Origin: Patescibacteria group bacterium
Lineage (GTDB): Bacteria; Patescibacteriota; Patescibacteriia; UM-FILTER-42-10
Length of the DNA stretch: 64,000 nucleotides
Reading direction: 5' to 3'
Assembly (NCBI GenBank): GCA_041666845.1
Contig: JBAYGC010000001.1
Span: forward strand, 28,864 to 92,863
The notes under the pieces were generated by a model. That model saw nothing but the letters and a program-made list of their open reading frames with translations, did no database searches and had not been told where the DNA came from. The stretch's first letter is position 1; each line of letters opens with the position of its first letter. This document shows, piece after piece, positions 25,522-35,937 of the stretch. The translations under genes and the position numbers were made by a program.

Positions 25522-26811
25522 ATGAAAATATCAGTCATTGGCATAGGATATGTCGGTCTCGTCACCGCCACCTGTTTTGCAGAGTTAGGTAATACCGTAA
25601 CCTGCGTAGACATCGATAAAAATAGAATAGAGAATTTGAAAAAGGGGATCATTCCTATTTATGAACCGGGTCTTTCCGAGCTGGTAAAGAAGAATATCAA
25701 ACAGAAAAGGATTATCTTTACCACTAGCACTAAGCTGGCAGTACAAAATGGCAAAGTGATTTTCATTGCCGTAGGAACTCCTTCGGATAAAGACGGTCAA
25801 GCAGATTTAAAATATGTAAAGCAAGTTGCCAAGGAAATTGCACTGAGTATGGATGGCTATCGGATTATTGTGAATAAAAGCACGGTCCCGGTCGGAACAG
25901 GGGATATTGTAAAAGGAATAATTCAGAAAAAATATAAAGGAAACTTTAGTGTGGTATCCAATCCGGAATTTTTAAGAGAGGGATCGGCAATTTATGATAC
26001 GATGAATCCAGATAGAGTAGTGATAGGTAATGGTGATGATAAGGCCAGGAAAATAATGGAAGAATTATATCGTCCTTTCAAGGCCCCGATCGTATTTACG
26101 GATGTAAAAAGTGCGGAACTGATCAAATACGCCTCAAATTCAATGCTGGCAACACAAATTTCATTTATCAATAGCCTGGCCAATATCTGCGAGAAGGTCG
26201 GAGCGGATGTAGATTTCGTGGCGGAAGGTATGAAGCTGGATAAGAGAATCGGTAAGCATTCTTTCTTATCCGCGGGCGGAGGGTATGGCGGTAGCTGTTT
26301 CCCGAAGGACGTAAAAGCATTAATCAAGGCTTCAGATAGATACGGTTATAATTTTTCCATTCTGAAAGCTGTGGAAGATGTAAATGATGCTCAAAAAAGA
26401 CATGTTGTCACAAAGACAAAAAAACTGATTGGAAGTCTGAAAGGAAAAAAGATTGGTATTTGGGGCCTGGCTTTTAAACCGCATACGGATGATATGCGGG
26501 AGTCAATTTCTATTGTTGTTATAGATAAATTATTGCAGGAAGGTGTAAAAGTAAAGGCTTTTGATCCTGTGGCGCAGGATGAGGCAAGAAAAATATTCAA
26601 AGATAAGATTACATATTGTGCAGATGTCTGGGAAACAGTAAAAGATGTGGATGCGCTGATTATTCTGACCGAATGGCCGGAGTTTAAGGAAATAGATTTA
26701 TTCAAGCTGAAGAAAATAATGGATAAGCCCTATATTATGGATGCCAGAAATATCTTCACGCTGGAAGAAATGGAAGAAAAGGGATTTCACTACTTAAGTA
26801 TTGGCAGATAA
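25522..26811 (+). CDS. ugd: UDP-glucose 6-dehydrogenase
   Basis: MKISVIGIGYVGLVTATCFAELG; catalytic GGSCFPKD; 429 aa. Confidence 0.85.
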   Translation: MKISVIGIGYVGLVTATCFAELGNTVTCVDIDKNRIENLKKGIIPIYEPGLSELVKKNIKQKRIIFTTSTKLAVQNGKVIFIAVGTPSDKDGQADLKYVKQVAKEIALSMDGYRIIVNKSTVPVGTGDIVKGIIQKKYKGNFSVVSNPEFLREGSAIYDTMNPDRVVIGNGDDKARKIMEELYRPFKAPIVFTDVKSAELIKYASNSMLATQISFINSLANICEKVGADVDFVAEGMKLDKRIGKHSFLSAGGGYGGSCFPKDVKALIKASDRYGYNFSILKAVEDVNDAQKRHVVTKTKKLIGSLKGKKIGIWGLAFKPHTDDMRESISIVVIDKLLQEGVKVKAFDPVAQDEARKIFKDKITYCADVWETVKDVDALIILTEWPEFKEIDLFKLKKIMDKPYIMDARNIFTLEEMEEKGFHYLSIGR

Positions 26812-27766
26812 AAAAATGCGATTAATTGTCACAATTCCGGCTTACAACGAGGAGGAAAATATTGAAGCAGTTATTAAAGAAATTCCACGCGTAATTAGTG
26901 GAATTACTGATGTGAAGGTTTTAGTTTTAGATGACGGCTCTCGGGACCGGACAGTTGAGCTGGCAAAAACAGCCGGAGCGGATTATGTTATATCGCATAA
27001 ACAGAATAAGGGGCTGGCAGCAACGTTTCAGGATGCAATGGCGGCCGCTCTGGAGAGAGGTGCGGATATAGTTGTGAACACTGATGGTGACAATCACTAT
27101 AATCAGTCTCGAATACCGGATCTGATCAGGCCTATTTTAGATCAGAGGGCGGATATTGTAATTGGTGACCGGGAGATAAGAAAGCTAGAATACATGCCGG
27201 CTGCCAATAAGTACCTGAATTTAATGGGTAGTTACTTTGTTTCCCGTTTGATTGGTGTGAAAAAGACTCTGGATGTTTCATCTGGATTCCGTGCCTATAC
27301 CAGGGAAGCGGTGATGAGAATATCAATTCTTTCTAGGCATACGTATACACATGAAACACTGATTCAGGCAGTTGATAACAATTTAATTGTGACGTCCGTT
27401 CCGATTATGGCGCGCAAGGTCACCAGAAAATCCAGGCTAATCAAAAGTATTCCAAAACATTTAGCAAGATCTATATTTGTTATCTTAAGGGTGTTTACAG
27501 TATATAAGCCTTTGAGGGTATTATCATTTATTGGATCATTAATTATAATCCCAGGTATTATTCTGGTTATTAGATTTTTATATTATTTCATTCATGATAT
27601 CAGGGGTGGGGATGGCCATATTCAGTCATTGATAATTGCCGCGATTCTCATATTAGTTGGATTTCAAGTGCTTGTGTTAGCACTAATTGCATCAGCAATC
27701 GGTTGGAACAGAAAAACTTTAGAAGAAATACTGTACCGGAGTAAGAAAAATACTTTGCAAAAATGA
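26801..27766 (+). CDS. GT2 polyprenyl-phosphate sugar synthase (ArnC/DPM1-like) with C-terminal TM helices
   Basis: IVTIPAYNEEENI...VLVLDDGSRDRT...NTDGD; two C-terminal TM segments. Confidence 0.75.
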   Translation: MADKKMRLIVTIPAYNEEENIEAVIKEIPRVISGITDVKVLVLDDGSRDRTVELAKTAGADYVISHKQNKGLAATFQDAMAAALERGADIVVNTDGDNHYNQSRIPDLIRPILDQRADIVIGDREIRKLEYMPAANKYLNLMGSYFVSRLIGVKKTLDVSSGFRAYTREAVMRISILSRHTYTHETLIQAVDNNLIVTSVPIMARKVTRKSRLIKSIPKHLARSIFVILRVFTVYKPLRVLSFIGSLIIIPGIILVIRFLYYFIHDIRGGDGHIQSLIIAAILILVGFQVLVLALIASAIGWNRKTLEEILYRSKKNTLQK

Positions 27767-28830
27767 AAGTACTGTTTATTACCAGAAAATACCCTCCACA
27801 AGTGGGCGGGATGGAGAATTACAGTTACGGCCTGATTAATAATATTAATTGCCGGAAATATGTAATCGCTTTAAAGCATTCCCAGTACCATCTGGTCTGG
27901 TTTTTGCCGTATGCCTTCCTGAAGACTTTGGTGCTTTTTTGGCGTGTGGATGTAATCTATCTGTGCGATGCATTGCTGGTGCCGATGGGATATTTATTGA
28001 AGCTGATAACACGAAAACCGGTTTTCGTGACTGCGCACGGACTGGATGTTACGTATAACAAGTTTCAATATCAGAAGCTGGTTACGCCTTTCTTGAAAAA
28101 AATGGATCGAGTATTCGCGGTCAGTCAGAATACGGTGGAGGAGTGTATTAAAAGGGGGGTAAAGAGAAAGAAATGCAAATTTGTGCCGAATGGAGTAGCT
28201 GTTCCGGCTAATGGAAATGAATTTCATAAAAATGATTTGGAAAAATTCATTGACCTGTCGCTGGATAACAGAAAAGTGTTATTATCGCTGGGCAGGTTAA
28301 TTCCGCGAAAAGGTGTGGAATGGTTTATCAGTGAAGTATTTGAAAAACTGCCGCCGGAAGTTATATACATTGTAGTTGGTGAAGGGGTGAACCGGGAGGA
28401 AATAGAACATTCCGTTCATGAACGGGGGTTGGGCAATCGGATATTTATTGTTGGCAGGGTTGGTGATAAGGAAAGGGAAATGCTTTTTCAAACCGCGGAT
28501 ATTTTTATTATGCCCAATATACGGGTCGAAGGAGATGTCGAGGGATTCGGGATTGTGGCGATTGAAGCCGCAATTCAAGGTTTACCGGTCGTGGCATCCA
28601 ATATAGAAGGAATCAACGACGCAATCATCGAAGGGCACAATGGGTTCCTGGTGGAATCGGGTAATGCTCAGGCGTTTGAAGATAAAATCAGGGATATTCT
28701 GGATAATGTTGATCTAGATGAGCTGTCTCTGCAGGTTTCGGAATACACGAAACAGAACTACAGTTGGCAACAGGTCAGTGATCTGTATTTAAAGGAATTT
28801 CTGCGGATTCAAAAAGATCCCGCTGCATAA
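27763..28830 (+). CDS. GT4 glycosyltransferase
   Basis: EGFGIVAIEAAIQGLPVVASNIEGINDAIIEGHNGFLVE (GT4 E-x7-E region). Confidence 0.75.
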   Translation: MKVLFITRKYPPQVGGMENYSYGLINNINCRKYVIALKHSQYHLVWFLPYAFLKTLVLFWRVDVIYLCDALLVPMGYLLKLITRKPVFVTAHGLDVTYNKFQYQKLVTPFLKKMDRVFAVSQNTVEECIKRGVKRKKCKFVPNGVAVPANGNEFHKNDLEKFIDLSLDNRKVLLSLGRLIPRKGVEWFISEVFEKLPPEVIYIVVGEGVNREEIEHSVHERGLGNRIFIVGRVGDKEREMLFQTADIFIMPNIRVEGDVEGFGIVAIEAAIQGLPVVASNIEGINDAIIEGHNGFLVESGNAQAFEDKIRDILDNVDLDELSLQVSEYTKQNYSWQQVSDLYLKEFLRIQKDPAA

Positions 28831-28872
28831 TTTTATCATATCAGGGTAAATAACTAATATTAAAAATAGTTA

Positions 28873-29733
28873 ATGCATCATAAGCTGTATATTATAATTG
28901 TCACCTGGAATGGGGAGAAATACATTTATGATTGTCTGAGTTCAGTTTATAATCAACCGGAACTGGATTTTGGTGTGATTGTAGTGGATAACGGCTCAAA
29001 CGACCGGACTGTCGAAATTATCAAAGAAAAATTCGGAAATGTCACGTTGATTGAAAATAAAAAAAACCTCGGGTTTGCAGGTGGAAATAACATCGGAATC
29101 AAAAAAGCACTGTCCCTCGGCGCTGATTACGTCGCGTTACTTAACCAGGATACTGAAGTATCAAACAATTTTGTATCCGCCTGTGTAAATTATCTTGCGG
29201 ACCATAAAGATGCCGGCATGGTATCGCCGATAGTTCTGTATCCGAACAACAATAGAATCTGGTTTGCCGGATCACGTATTTTTAGGGGGGTAGAAATTCT
29301 TAAACATCCGACCACCAAGGTGGGGGAACATATTAATAAAAAGGCCATCATGAATGATGAAGTAAAGAGTTTTGGAGCAGATTGGCTTTCGGGATGTGCT
29401 TTATTTATCAGAAAGTCAGTATTTGATAAGATCGGCTTCATCGATGAGAAATTCTTCATGTACGGTGAAGACGTCGACTTCAGTCTTCGAGCGGTTAAAG
29501 CAGGTTATAAGTTGGGTGTCGTCAATAGTACTACAATTATTCATAAAGAAGAGCTGAATACCAAATTAAAAATAAATTCATATTTGTTTAAAAAAGCTGC
29601 ATATATGATTAAGGCCAGATGGACAATTGTCCATCGCTATTATGGTTTTAAAGAAAAGTGCTATTATATAATAAAGCTTGTGTATACACCTTTTTTTCAA
29701 TTAATATATGCGGTTAGAAAAATTATTTCTTAG
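28873..29733 (+). CDS. GT2 glycosyltransferase
   Basis: IIIVTWNGEKY...VIVVDNGSNDRT...NLGFAGGNNIG...LLNQDT. Confidence 0.75.
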   Translation: MHHKLYIIIVTWNGEKYIYDCLSSVYNQPELDFGVIVVDNGSNDRTVEIIKEKFGNVTLIENKKNLGFAGGNNIGIKKALSLGADYVALLNQDTEVSNNFVSACVNYLADHKDAGMVSPIVLYPNNNRIWFAGSRIFRGVEILKHPTTKVGEHINKKAIMNDEVKSFGADWLSGCALFIRKSVFDKIGFIDEKFFMYGEDVDFSLRAVKAGYKLGVVNSTTIIHKEELNTKLKINSYLFKKAAYMIKARWTIVHRYYGFKEKCYYIIKLVYTPFFQLIYAVRKIIS

Positions 29734-31888
29734 AATCAGCATTCTATTTACTGTCTACTTATCATCTATTTTATTGCTGGCTGTTTTCGGCTATTTTACT
29801 TTTCTACCCGTAATTTTGCTGACTGTTTTAGCAGCCGTAGCATGTATATATTTTATATTTGATATTATAAAACGGACGGAAAAGGAAAAAAGCAATGTAC
29901 TGGCACTAGTTTCATTTATTTTTATTGCCGTGTTTTGTTTTGTCATCGGATATTTTCACCACGACATGCCGACGGGCCGGGATGATTTGAGCTATATTTA
30001 TGCGGCGGATCGGTTGTCGATATCAGGTTCCCTGGAATGGAATGATTATTTTTCACGTCCGGTCCATGGAGTAAGGAGTTTGGGAGGGGATACATTCACT
30101 TCACAATTTTTACCATCTTATACGACATACCTCGCGGTGTATAATTTGTTCGGCGGTTTGGGAGCATTAATGTGGGCAAATGTCCTGCTATTTTTTCTAA
30201 CATTCGGAGTATTTTATTATCTGATAAAAAATTTGGCCGGCAGAAAAGCATCTTTAATTGGGATATTGCTAATGTCATCATCCTATGTATTTTTCTGGTT
30301 TCCGAAACGGACTACTTCTGAAAACATCTCGATTTTTTTAATCTGGCTTGGTATATGGCTACTGATATCGGCGTTAAAGAATAAGAAAACCGGATACTTA
30401 TTACTTGGATTAATTCCATATTCTTTACTGCTTTTAACCAGACCGGAAGGGGTTATATTTTTTGCGGTTTACTGTATCGTCACCCTATTTCTGATAATTA
30501 GAAAAAATAGTGATATTGTTTTTAGAGATAAGTTTGCATGCATTATTGGATTGGTAATTACATTTGTTAATCTGCTCATCTTTTATTTTTATATTTCGAA
30601 ATACAAGGCTGGTTATATATTAACCCAGGCAGTTGACGTTTTTGAAGGTTTTGATTTTGTTTATAAAAATATTTATATTCTTTTATTGTTTGTACTGGTG
30701 CTGATAGCCCTAGTGGTATCTGTAATTAAACTCAGAAAGAAAATTGATTTTCAGCAGTTGGTTTTTTGGTCCATAGTCGGACTGATCATAATTTTTGAAG
30801 CGGTTTTTCTGTATTCAATCAGGGTCGGTGATTTAAAATGGATAGTTTATCGTACCCAGTATGTTATGGAAAATTTTGTGTTTTATTTTTACTTCCTTTA
30901 TATTTTCATAATATTGCTTGGATTAAAAAAGAAAATATTTACGCAAAAAGAACTGTGGATAACAGTAATTTTACTGCCCGCATTTTTCTTTATCATTGAA
31001 CCGAATATTGCGCTGGACCAACCGTGGTTTATGAGAAGATTTTTCCCAACCTTAATACCGCTATTTATAATAATGTCAGCGGTTGTTTTGTCCCGATTAA
31101 ATCTAGCTGGCCGAAAATTGAAATATGTTGCTTTTTCTTTAGTACTTATCGGAATAGTTACGACCAGATCAATTTTCTTTTTTGTAGAGAACGACGGAAT
31201 TTTGGATCAGGTAGAATCATTTAATAAAATATTTCCCAAAGAATCACTGGTAGTAATGAACCCCGGGTGGGATTGGCAAAAAATAGCGGTGATTCAGCAC
31301 TATTTCTATGATATGGATGCGCTACCGAATATTGATTTATATCGTGTTGAAGACTTTAAGAAAGATTTACCCGCGTTGCTGTTAAAATACCCGAATTGGG
31401 AGCAGAGTGATGAAGATTTGACTTCAATAATGAATTGGGAAAATAGCCGGTCAGAGCAGGATTTTATTCAGCTACTTGATAATTATAAAGAGGTCTACAT
31501 TGTGACGGATGAGCCGAATTCAAACTATTTCAAAGGATATAGGGACGATAATCTTGAATTTGTTGATGCATTTACATTCAAATACAACGAACTGAATCAA
31601 GAGTCGAATCTGACTGGGTACATTCAGCAGACGGAAATCATCGATATTAACAAAGTTCGCAATATGCAAAATAGCATTCCTCCAAATGTGATAAACTCCA
31701 TAGAAACTGAGTTATATGTATACAAAGTCAAAGATGCTAACGCATATATACCATTAAAGTACGTTCTTGAAATAGTGGAAGGTTTGGATCAAGGATATAA
31801 TTATATCGCATTAAAACAGGTCGATCTCGCGGCATACAAAAAAGACTTACAAAGCATTGTAAGAAATATCGGGCTTGGGTTGGATTAA
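29708..31888 (+). CDS. Large polytopic membrane protein, GT-C fold glycosyltransferase (ArnT/PMT-like)
   Basis: ~400-aa N-terminal multi-TM region with a DD/DE motif (GRDDLSYIYAADRL) and ~300-aa soluble C-terminus; 726 aa. Confidence 0.55.
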   Translation: MRLEKLFLRISILFTVYLSSILLLAVFGYFTFLPVILLTVLAAVACIYFIFDIIKRTEKEKSNVLALVSFIFIAVFCFVIGYFHHDMPTGRDDLSYIYAADRLSISGSLEWNDYFSRPVHGVRSLGGDTFTSQFLPSYTTYLAVYNLFGGLGALMWANVLLFFLTFGVFYYLIKNLAGRKASLIGILLMSSSYVFFWFPKRTTSENISIFLIWLGIWLLISALKNKKTGYLLLGLIPYSLLLLTRPEGVIFFAVYCIVTLFLIIRKNSDIVFRDKFACIIGLVITFVNLLIFYFYISKYKAGYILTQAVDVFEGFDFVYKNIYILLLFVLVLIALVVSVIKLRKKIDFQQLVFWSIVGLIIIFEAVFLYSIRVGDLKWIVYRTQYVMENFVFYFYFLYIFIILLGLKKKIFTQKELWITVILLPAFFFIIEPNIALDQPWFMRRFFPTLIPLFIIMSAVVLSRLNLAGRKLKYVAFSLVLIGIVTTRSIFFFVENDGILDQVESFNKIFPKESLVVMNPGWDWQKIAVIQHYFYDMDALPNIDLYRVEDFKKDLPALLLKYPNWEQSDEDLTSIMNWENSRSEQDFIQLLDNYKEVYIVTDEPNSNYFKGYRDDNLEFVDAFTFKYNELNQESNLTGYIQQTEIIDINKVRNMQNSIPPNVINSIETELYVYKVKDANAYIPLKYVLEIVEGLDQGYNYIALKQVDLAAYKKDLQSIVRNIGLGLD

Positions 31889-31899
31889 TTTAGGAGAAG

Positions 31900-32751
31900 T
31901 TAGCGGATAAAACGGATATATTTTTTTTCAATATCCCGGTTTTTATATACTTTTCTGAAAAAGTATATCTCTTTTAGAATAAGAAATACTGAATAAAATA
32001 CCGTCAAATACAGAGATAGAGGATATATACCCTGTGCCGAATATTTATTGATAAGTAAGTCAGCAATTACCGTTAGCGTAATAATATTCATTGATGTCGG
32101 ATATTCTGAGATATCCTTTGCTACTGATTCGATTATATTGGAAAGCATTTTTTTCTTAACCGGCATATCTGGTGATAACTGTGTATTCTGTTCTTCGGTA
32201 TGTAATTCCTCATCCTGTGTCATATTCTCAAACTTGTATTTAGGGTTTTCCCGTCTTTCCAGCATATAAAATAATGTGGAGAGCATACCTTTTTTTACCG
32301 GGTCGCCGGAGATGATCACCAGAACTAAGCCGACGTAAAGTATCCATATTTCATTTACTAAATTATATGAGAAAATAACTAAACCAAGGAAAATAAATGG
32401 TATTACTACTGAGTGGTTAAGCGAGTCGAGGAATATACCATTTACAGATGATTTCTTTCGATATCGCGCAATTTCACCGTCTACACAATCAAATACATAT
32501 CCTAGTTGGATTAAAAGCAGTGCCAATAGGGACCATTGATATCCGCCAAAAGCAAGCAACACCGCGCCGGCAATTCCCAGCACCATCTGTATCAATGTTG
32601 CCTGATTAGCGGTCAAAGGCGTATGCAACAATATCCAGGTAAAATAAATTGATACCTTTCTTATTATATACTTTGCATACCATACCGTTTCTTTTTTGGG
32701 ATCCGGCTGTATGGTTGCTTTTAGTTCCTTAATCGATGGGAGCTTTTCCAT
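31900..32751 (-). CDS. CDP-alcohol phosphatidyltransferase family protein
   Basis: DCVDGEIARYRKKSSVNGIFLDSLNH = D-G-x2-A-R-x8-G-x3-D-x3-D signature. Start moved to ATG 32751, 1 nt after the upstream stop. Confidence 0.75.
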   Translation of the reverse strand: MEKLPSIKELKATIQPDPKKETVWYAKYIIRKVSIYFTWILLHTPLTANQATLIQMVLGIAGAVLLAFGGYQWSLLALLLIQLGYVFDCVDGEIARYRKKSSVNGIFLDSLNHSVVIPFIFLGLVIFSYNLVNEIWILYVGLVLVIISGDPVKKGMLSTLFYMLERRENPKYKFENMTQDEELHTEEQNTQLSPDMPVKKKMLSNIIESVAKDISEYPTSMNIITLTVIADLLINKYSAQGIYPLSLYLTVFYSVFLILKEIYFFRKVYKNRDIEKKYIRFIR

Positions 32752-32752
32752 G

Positions 32753-33454
32753 CTAGATTTCTCCGTTTTTAGTATCAAGTGTATTAATATAATTTTGAAC
32801 TTCAAGCAGGTCCTGTTCAAAATCAATTTCCTTGCAATAATAATTGCCGATATTAATAGCTCTAAGGTTCAGTTTGCCAGAAAGCGTGAGGTTTTCTAAA
32901 GCTTTTTCAAAATAGTCCTTTTGACCGACATTGCGCAATTCACTGACAAAATTATCTAGATCTTTTTGCTTAATCAGGTTTATCCCCACCGCTTCTCCTA
33001 CTCCTTCTTTTACTTCCTTTGACAGCTCTTTAATAAATCCCTGATCAGTCTGTTTGTACTTAATTTCCTCGTCACCACATTTCTTAGTATCCACTAAACA
33101 GGCGGATGTATCCGAATTTACTAGCAGGTCTAAAATTGCTGAGTCAAAATACACGTCACCATTCAGCCAAATGACGTCATCATTAATTTTTTCCAGGGCA
33201 GTAAGCAAGCTTTTGGCTGTGTTGGTGTGGGCATAAGCATCATTGTAAACAAATATCCCTTCCGGGTGCGCTTCCATTATTATTTCTTTTTTATAACCCA
33301 CAACAATAAAAATATTATCCAATCCCTCGACCTTAGACAGTTTGGTTATCTGTGAATCTAAAATCGTTTTCTCGTTTTTCAGACTCGTCAAAGGTTTTGG
33401 AATTAATGTGCCAAATCTGGTTCCCATCCCTGCCGCCAAAATTACCGCTTTCAT
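32753..33454 (-). CDS. Sugar/alcohol-phosphate nucleotidyltransferase (LicC/IspD/TarI-like cytidylyltransferase)
   Basis: MKAVILAAGMGTRFG N-terminal signature; 233 aa. Confidence 0.7.
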   Translation of the reverse strand: MKAVILAAGMGTRFGTLIPKPLTSLKNEKTILDSQITKLSKVEGLDNIFIVVGYKKEIIMEAHPEGIFVYNDAYAHTNTAKSLLTALEKINDDVIWLNGDVYFDSAILDLLVNSDTSACLVDTKKCGDEEIKYKQTDQGFIKELSKEVKEGVGEAVGINLIKQKDLDNFVSELRNVGQKDYFEKALENLTLSGKLNLRAINIGNYYCKEIDFEQDLLEVQNYINTLDTKNGEI

Positions 33455-33467
33455 TATTTTATATTTA

Positions 33468-34481
33468 TTACTTAAATATTATATCCCGTATTGCTTCAAC
33501 TTTGATATTCTTTTTCACAATCAACGAATGAAGAAATTTCAGAAGAGGGTAGTCAGCTAAGGGTACAATTTTATTCAGAATAGAAATAGTATTAATTCCC
33601 TCAACGGTCTTTCCCAGTTTTTTCATGCGCAAGATTGCTATATCGGGTGTTACCCCTTTGCCTAATAGTATACCAAATTCCCTGTTTCTAGTAGACCCTG
33701 TGCAACTCATCCAGAGATCGTTACTCCAAGCCTGGCTTTTCATGCTAAATGTAGCTTTTTTGCCTCCTAAATGCCCCGTCACGATGTTTTCCAGCTCAGC
33801 TGCGATAACTGTAATAATATGTGTTTCCGAGCCGTAGGAAAAGCCCATTCCCTTGATTATCCCGGCCAGTATGGAAACTACGTTTTTAAAGGCCGAAGCA
33901 TATTCAACACCCGAAAGATCAGAGCTGGGATAGACGCGGAGGTTCGTTGATTCAAATACTTTTATCAGCCTGGTTAATGTCTTCTGGTCACCGCAGGCCA
34001 TAGTGGCGCCCAGCGGTTCGTGTCGGAATAAATCGGCCGCAATGGTACCGCCGGCAAATAGGGCATATTGATAATTCATTCCTCTTAATTCTTTATAAAT
34101 GATCTCCGAAAGTCTGCCACCTGTTTGATAATCAAGTGCCTTTGATGTATTTACAATAATAATATCGTTTGGTAAGTATGGTTTGATTTTTTTGATAACT
34201 TCTCTGGTGGCATGTGACGGGGCGGCAAGAACCAGTATGTCGCAGTCGTCAAGGAGCTCTTTCATGCTGTCGGCAAATATAACATCTTTTGAAACCCTAT
34301 ATTCCTGATACAGCGAAAGATGAGTACGATCCTTTTTTAGATGTTCAATCAGTTTTTTATCCCGGTCAAATCCATAGATTAATAGGTCGGTATGCTTTCT
34401 GTCGAAATGTTTCAGAAACGCATAGCCAAAATTCCCCAAGCCATAAATAGCGATCTTTATTTTTTTATCGTCCTTATTCAT
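33468..34481 (-). CDS. gpsA: NAD(P)-dependent glycerol-3-phosphate dehydrogenase-like
   Basis: KIAIYGLGNFGYAF Rossmann motif; GVEYASAFKNVVSILAGI; C-terminal GSTRNREFGILLGKG. All match GpsA-family blocks. Confidence 0.65.
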   Translation of the reverse strand: MNKDDKKIKIAIYGLGNFGYAFLKHFDRKHTDLLIYGFDRDKKLIEHLKKDRTHLSLYQEYRVSKDVIFADSMKELLDDCDILVLAAPSHATREVIKKIKPYLPNDIIIVNTSKALDYQTGGRLSEIIYKELRGMNYQYALFAGGTIAADLFRHEPLGATMACGDQKTLTRLIKVFESTNLRVYPSSDLSGVEYASAFKNVVSILAGIIKGMGFSYGSETHIITVIAAELENIVTGHLGGKKATFSMKSQAWSNDLWMSCTGSTRNREFGILLGKGVTPDIAILRMKKLGKTVEGINTISILNKIVPLADYPLLKFLHSLIVKKNIKVEAIRDIIFK

Positions 34482-35937
34482 TGGATATGTTTTGTTTGTT
34501 TACTGAGGATTTATCGAGAAACGGAAATATTTCTTTAATCAATTTAATATCGTATGATTCTAAAAATCTGATAAAATATAATGCTAATAAATATATTGAT
34601 GTGCTGATTATCGAATTAAATATTATATTCATTTTATCAGAAAGCGCAAAAAATATTATTGCCATTAATGATCCGCAGATGAGGGTCGGTAGCAGGTATT
34701 TCAGACTTTTGAGAATCCCGTGTTGAAAGTATCTTTCGATATAAACATAAAACAGCACCCCAAGCACCAGCTCGGATATCAGGGTGGCAATAGCCGACCC
34801 CGTGTAACTGTATAACGGAATTAAAAACAGATTCAGCACAATGTTCAGTCCTGCCGTAATTCCCTCGATTCCCGCCCGGACTTTTTGTTTGTTGATTGCG
34901 GTAATTGATTCTGATGAACCATAGGTAAAGAAACGGATAATGATAATGACACCCATTATTTGCATTACGATTGTAGCCGGAAGGTATTCCGCGCCGTAGA
35001 CGATTTTAATAATCTGTTCAGCTCCCAGCCACAGTATAACGGTTATAGGGACAGCGATCGCCAGCAGAAATTTTTGTATCGTATGGGTTATCCTGATCAG
35101 TTTTTCTTTATTACTCAGACTGAACTTATATATTTGTGGTAGGGCAACCTGAAATATAATCTGCGGTATCATATAAAATGCCACCACCAAACGATACGCG
35201 GCGGAATACAGTCCGACCTCAACTTCAGATTTCATAATCGAAAGCATCACAGCGTCGATCTGAAAATATACGATAAAAAAAACAGACGAAATGCAAAAAA
35301 TCCACGAACGTTTTAATAGGGAAGGTATCTCGCGCAATTTAACAATCGGGCGGACATATTTAAACACAAATATCAGATAGAACAAAAATAGTAGCGCGGA
35401 AACAAAGAGCTGAATGTAGGCAACTAATTTAACTTCGGGTTTATAGAACATGGCCGCCAGCACAAGCAGGAAAAACAGTACGGAATAAATAATCTGTTGC
35501 CAACTGATCAGGCTAAATTTTGTTAACGCCTGCAGGGTGGATTGATAAATTTTTCTGCTTTCAAACAGCAGTTCGGCGATTGCCAGTATTATAAATAGAT
35601 TAACAATTATTCCCGAGTAACCGATTAATTTCACAATCACGGCCATCAAGCCAAATAGAACCAACGATAGCACGAGTTCGATGATTAGTCCGTTACCCAA
35701 TAAAGTTCCTAATTTTTCTTTATCTCTCGATCCTTCAAGCAGGCTTAATCTGGAAACACCCAAGTCGTTGAATACCATAAATAAATTGACAAAGGCGATT
35801 ACGGTTGCATATTGACCGAATTGTTCTATACCCAGGTATCTTGCCAAAAGTATTCCAATCAGGGCACTCATTATCCGAAAGAAAATACGCGAAAACAGCA
35901 TAAATAGAGTAGATGAAAATGTCTTTCTAATTGTCAT
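34474..35937 (-). CDS. Polysaccharide biosynthesis protein / Wzx-like oligosaccharide flippase (MOP superfamily)
   Basis: 487 aa, ~12-14 TM; RIFFRIMSALIGILLARYLGIEQFGQYA N-terminal signature. Confidence 0.7.
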   Translation of the reverse strand: MTIRKTFSSTLFMLFSRIFFRIMSALIGILLARYLGIEQFGQYATVIAFVNLFMVFNDLGVSRLSLLEGSRDKEKLGTLLGNGLIIELVLSLVLFGLMAVIVKLIGYSGIIVNLFIILAIAELLFESRKIYQSTLQALTKFSLISWQQIIYSVLFFLLVLAAMFYKPEVKLVAYIQLFVSALLFLFYLIFVFKYVRPIVKLREIPSLLKRSWIFCISSVFFIVYFQIDAVMLSIMKSEVEVGLYSAAYRLVVAFYMIPQIIFQVALPQIYKFSLSNKEKLIRITHTIQKFLLAIAVPITVILWLGAEQIIKIVYGAEYLPATIVMQIMGVIIIIRFFTYGSSESITAINKQKVRAGIEGITAGLNIVLNLFLIPLYSYTGSAIATLISELVLGVLFYVYIERYFQHGILKSLKYLLPTLICGSLMAIIFFALSDKMNIIFNSIISTSIYLLALYFIRFLESYDIKLIKEIFPFLDKSSVNKQNISNE

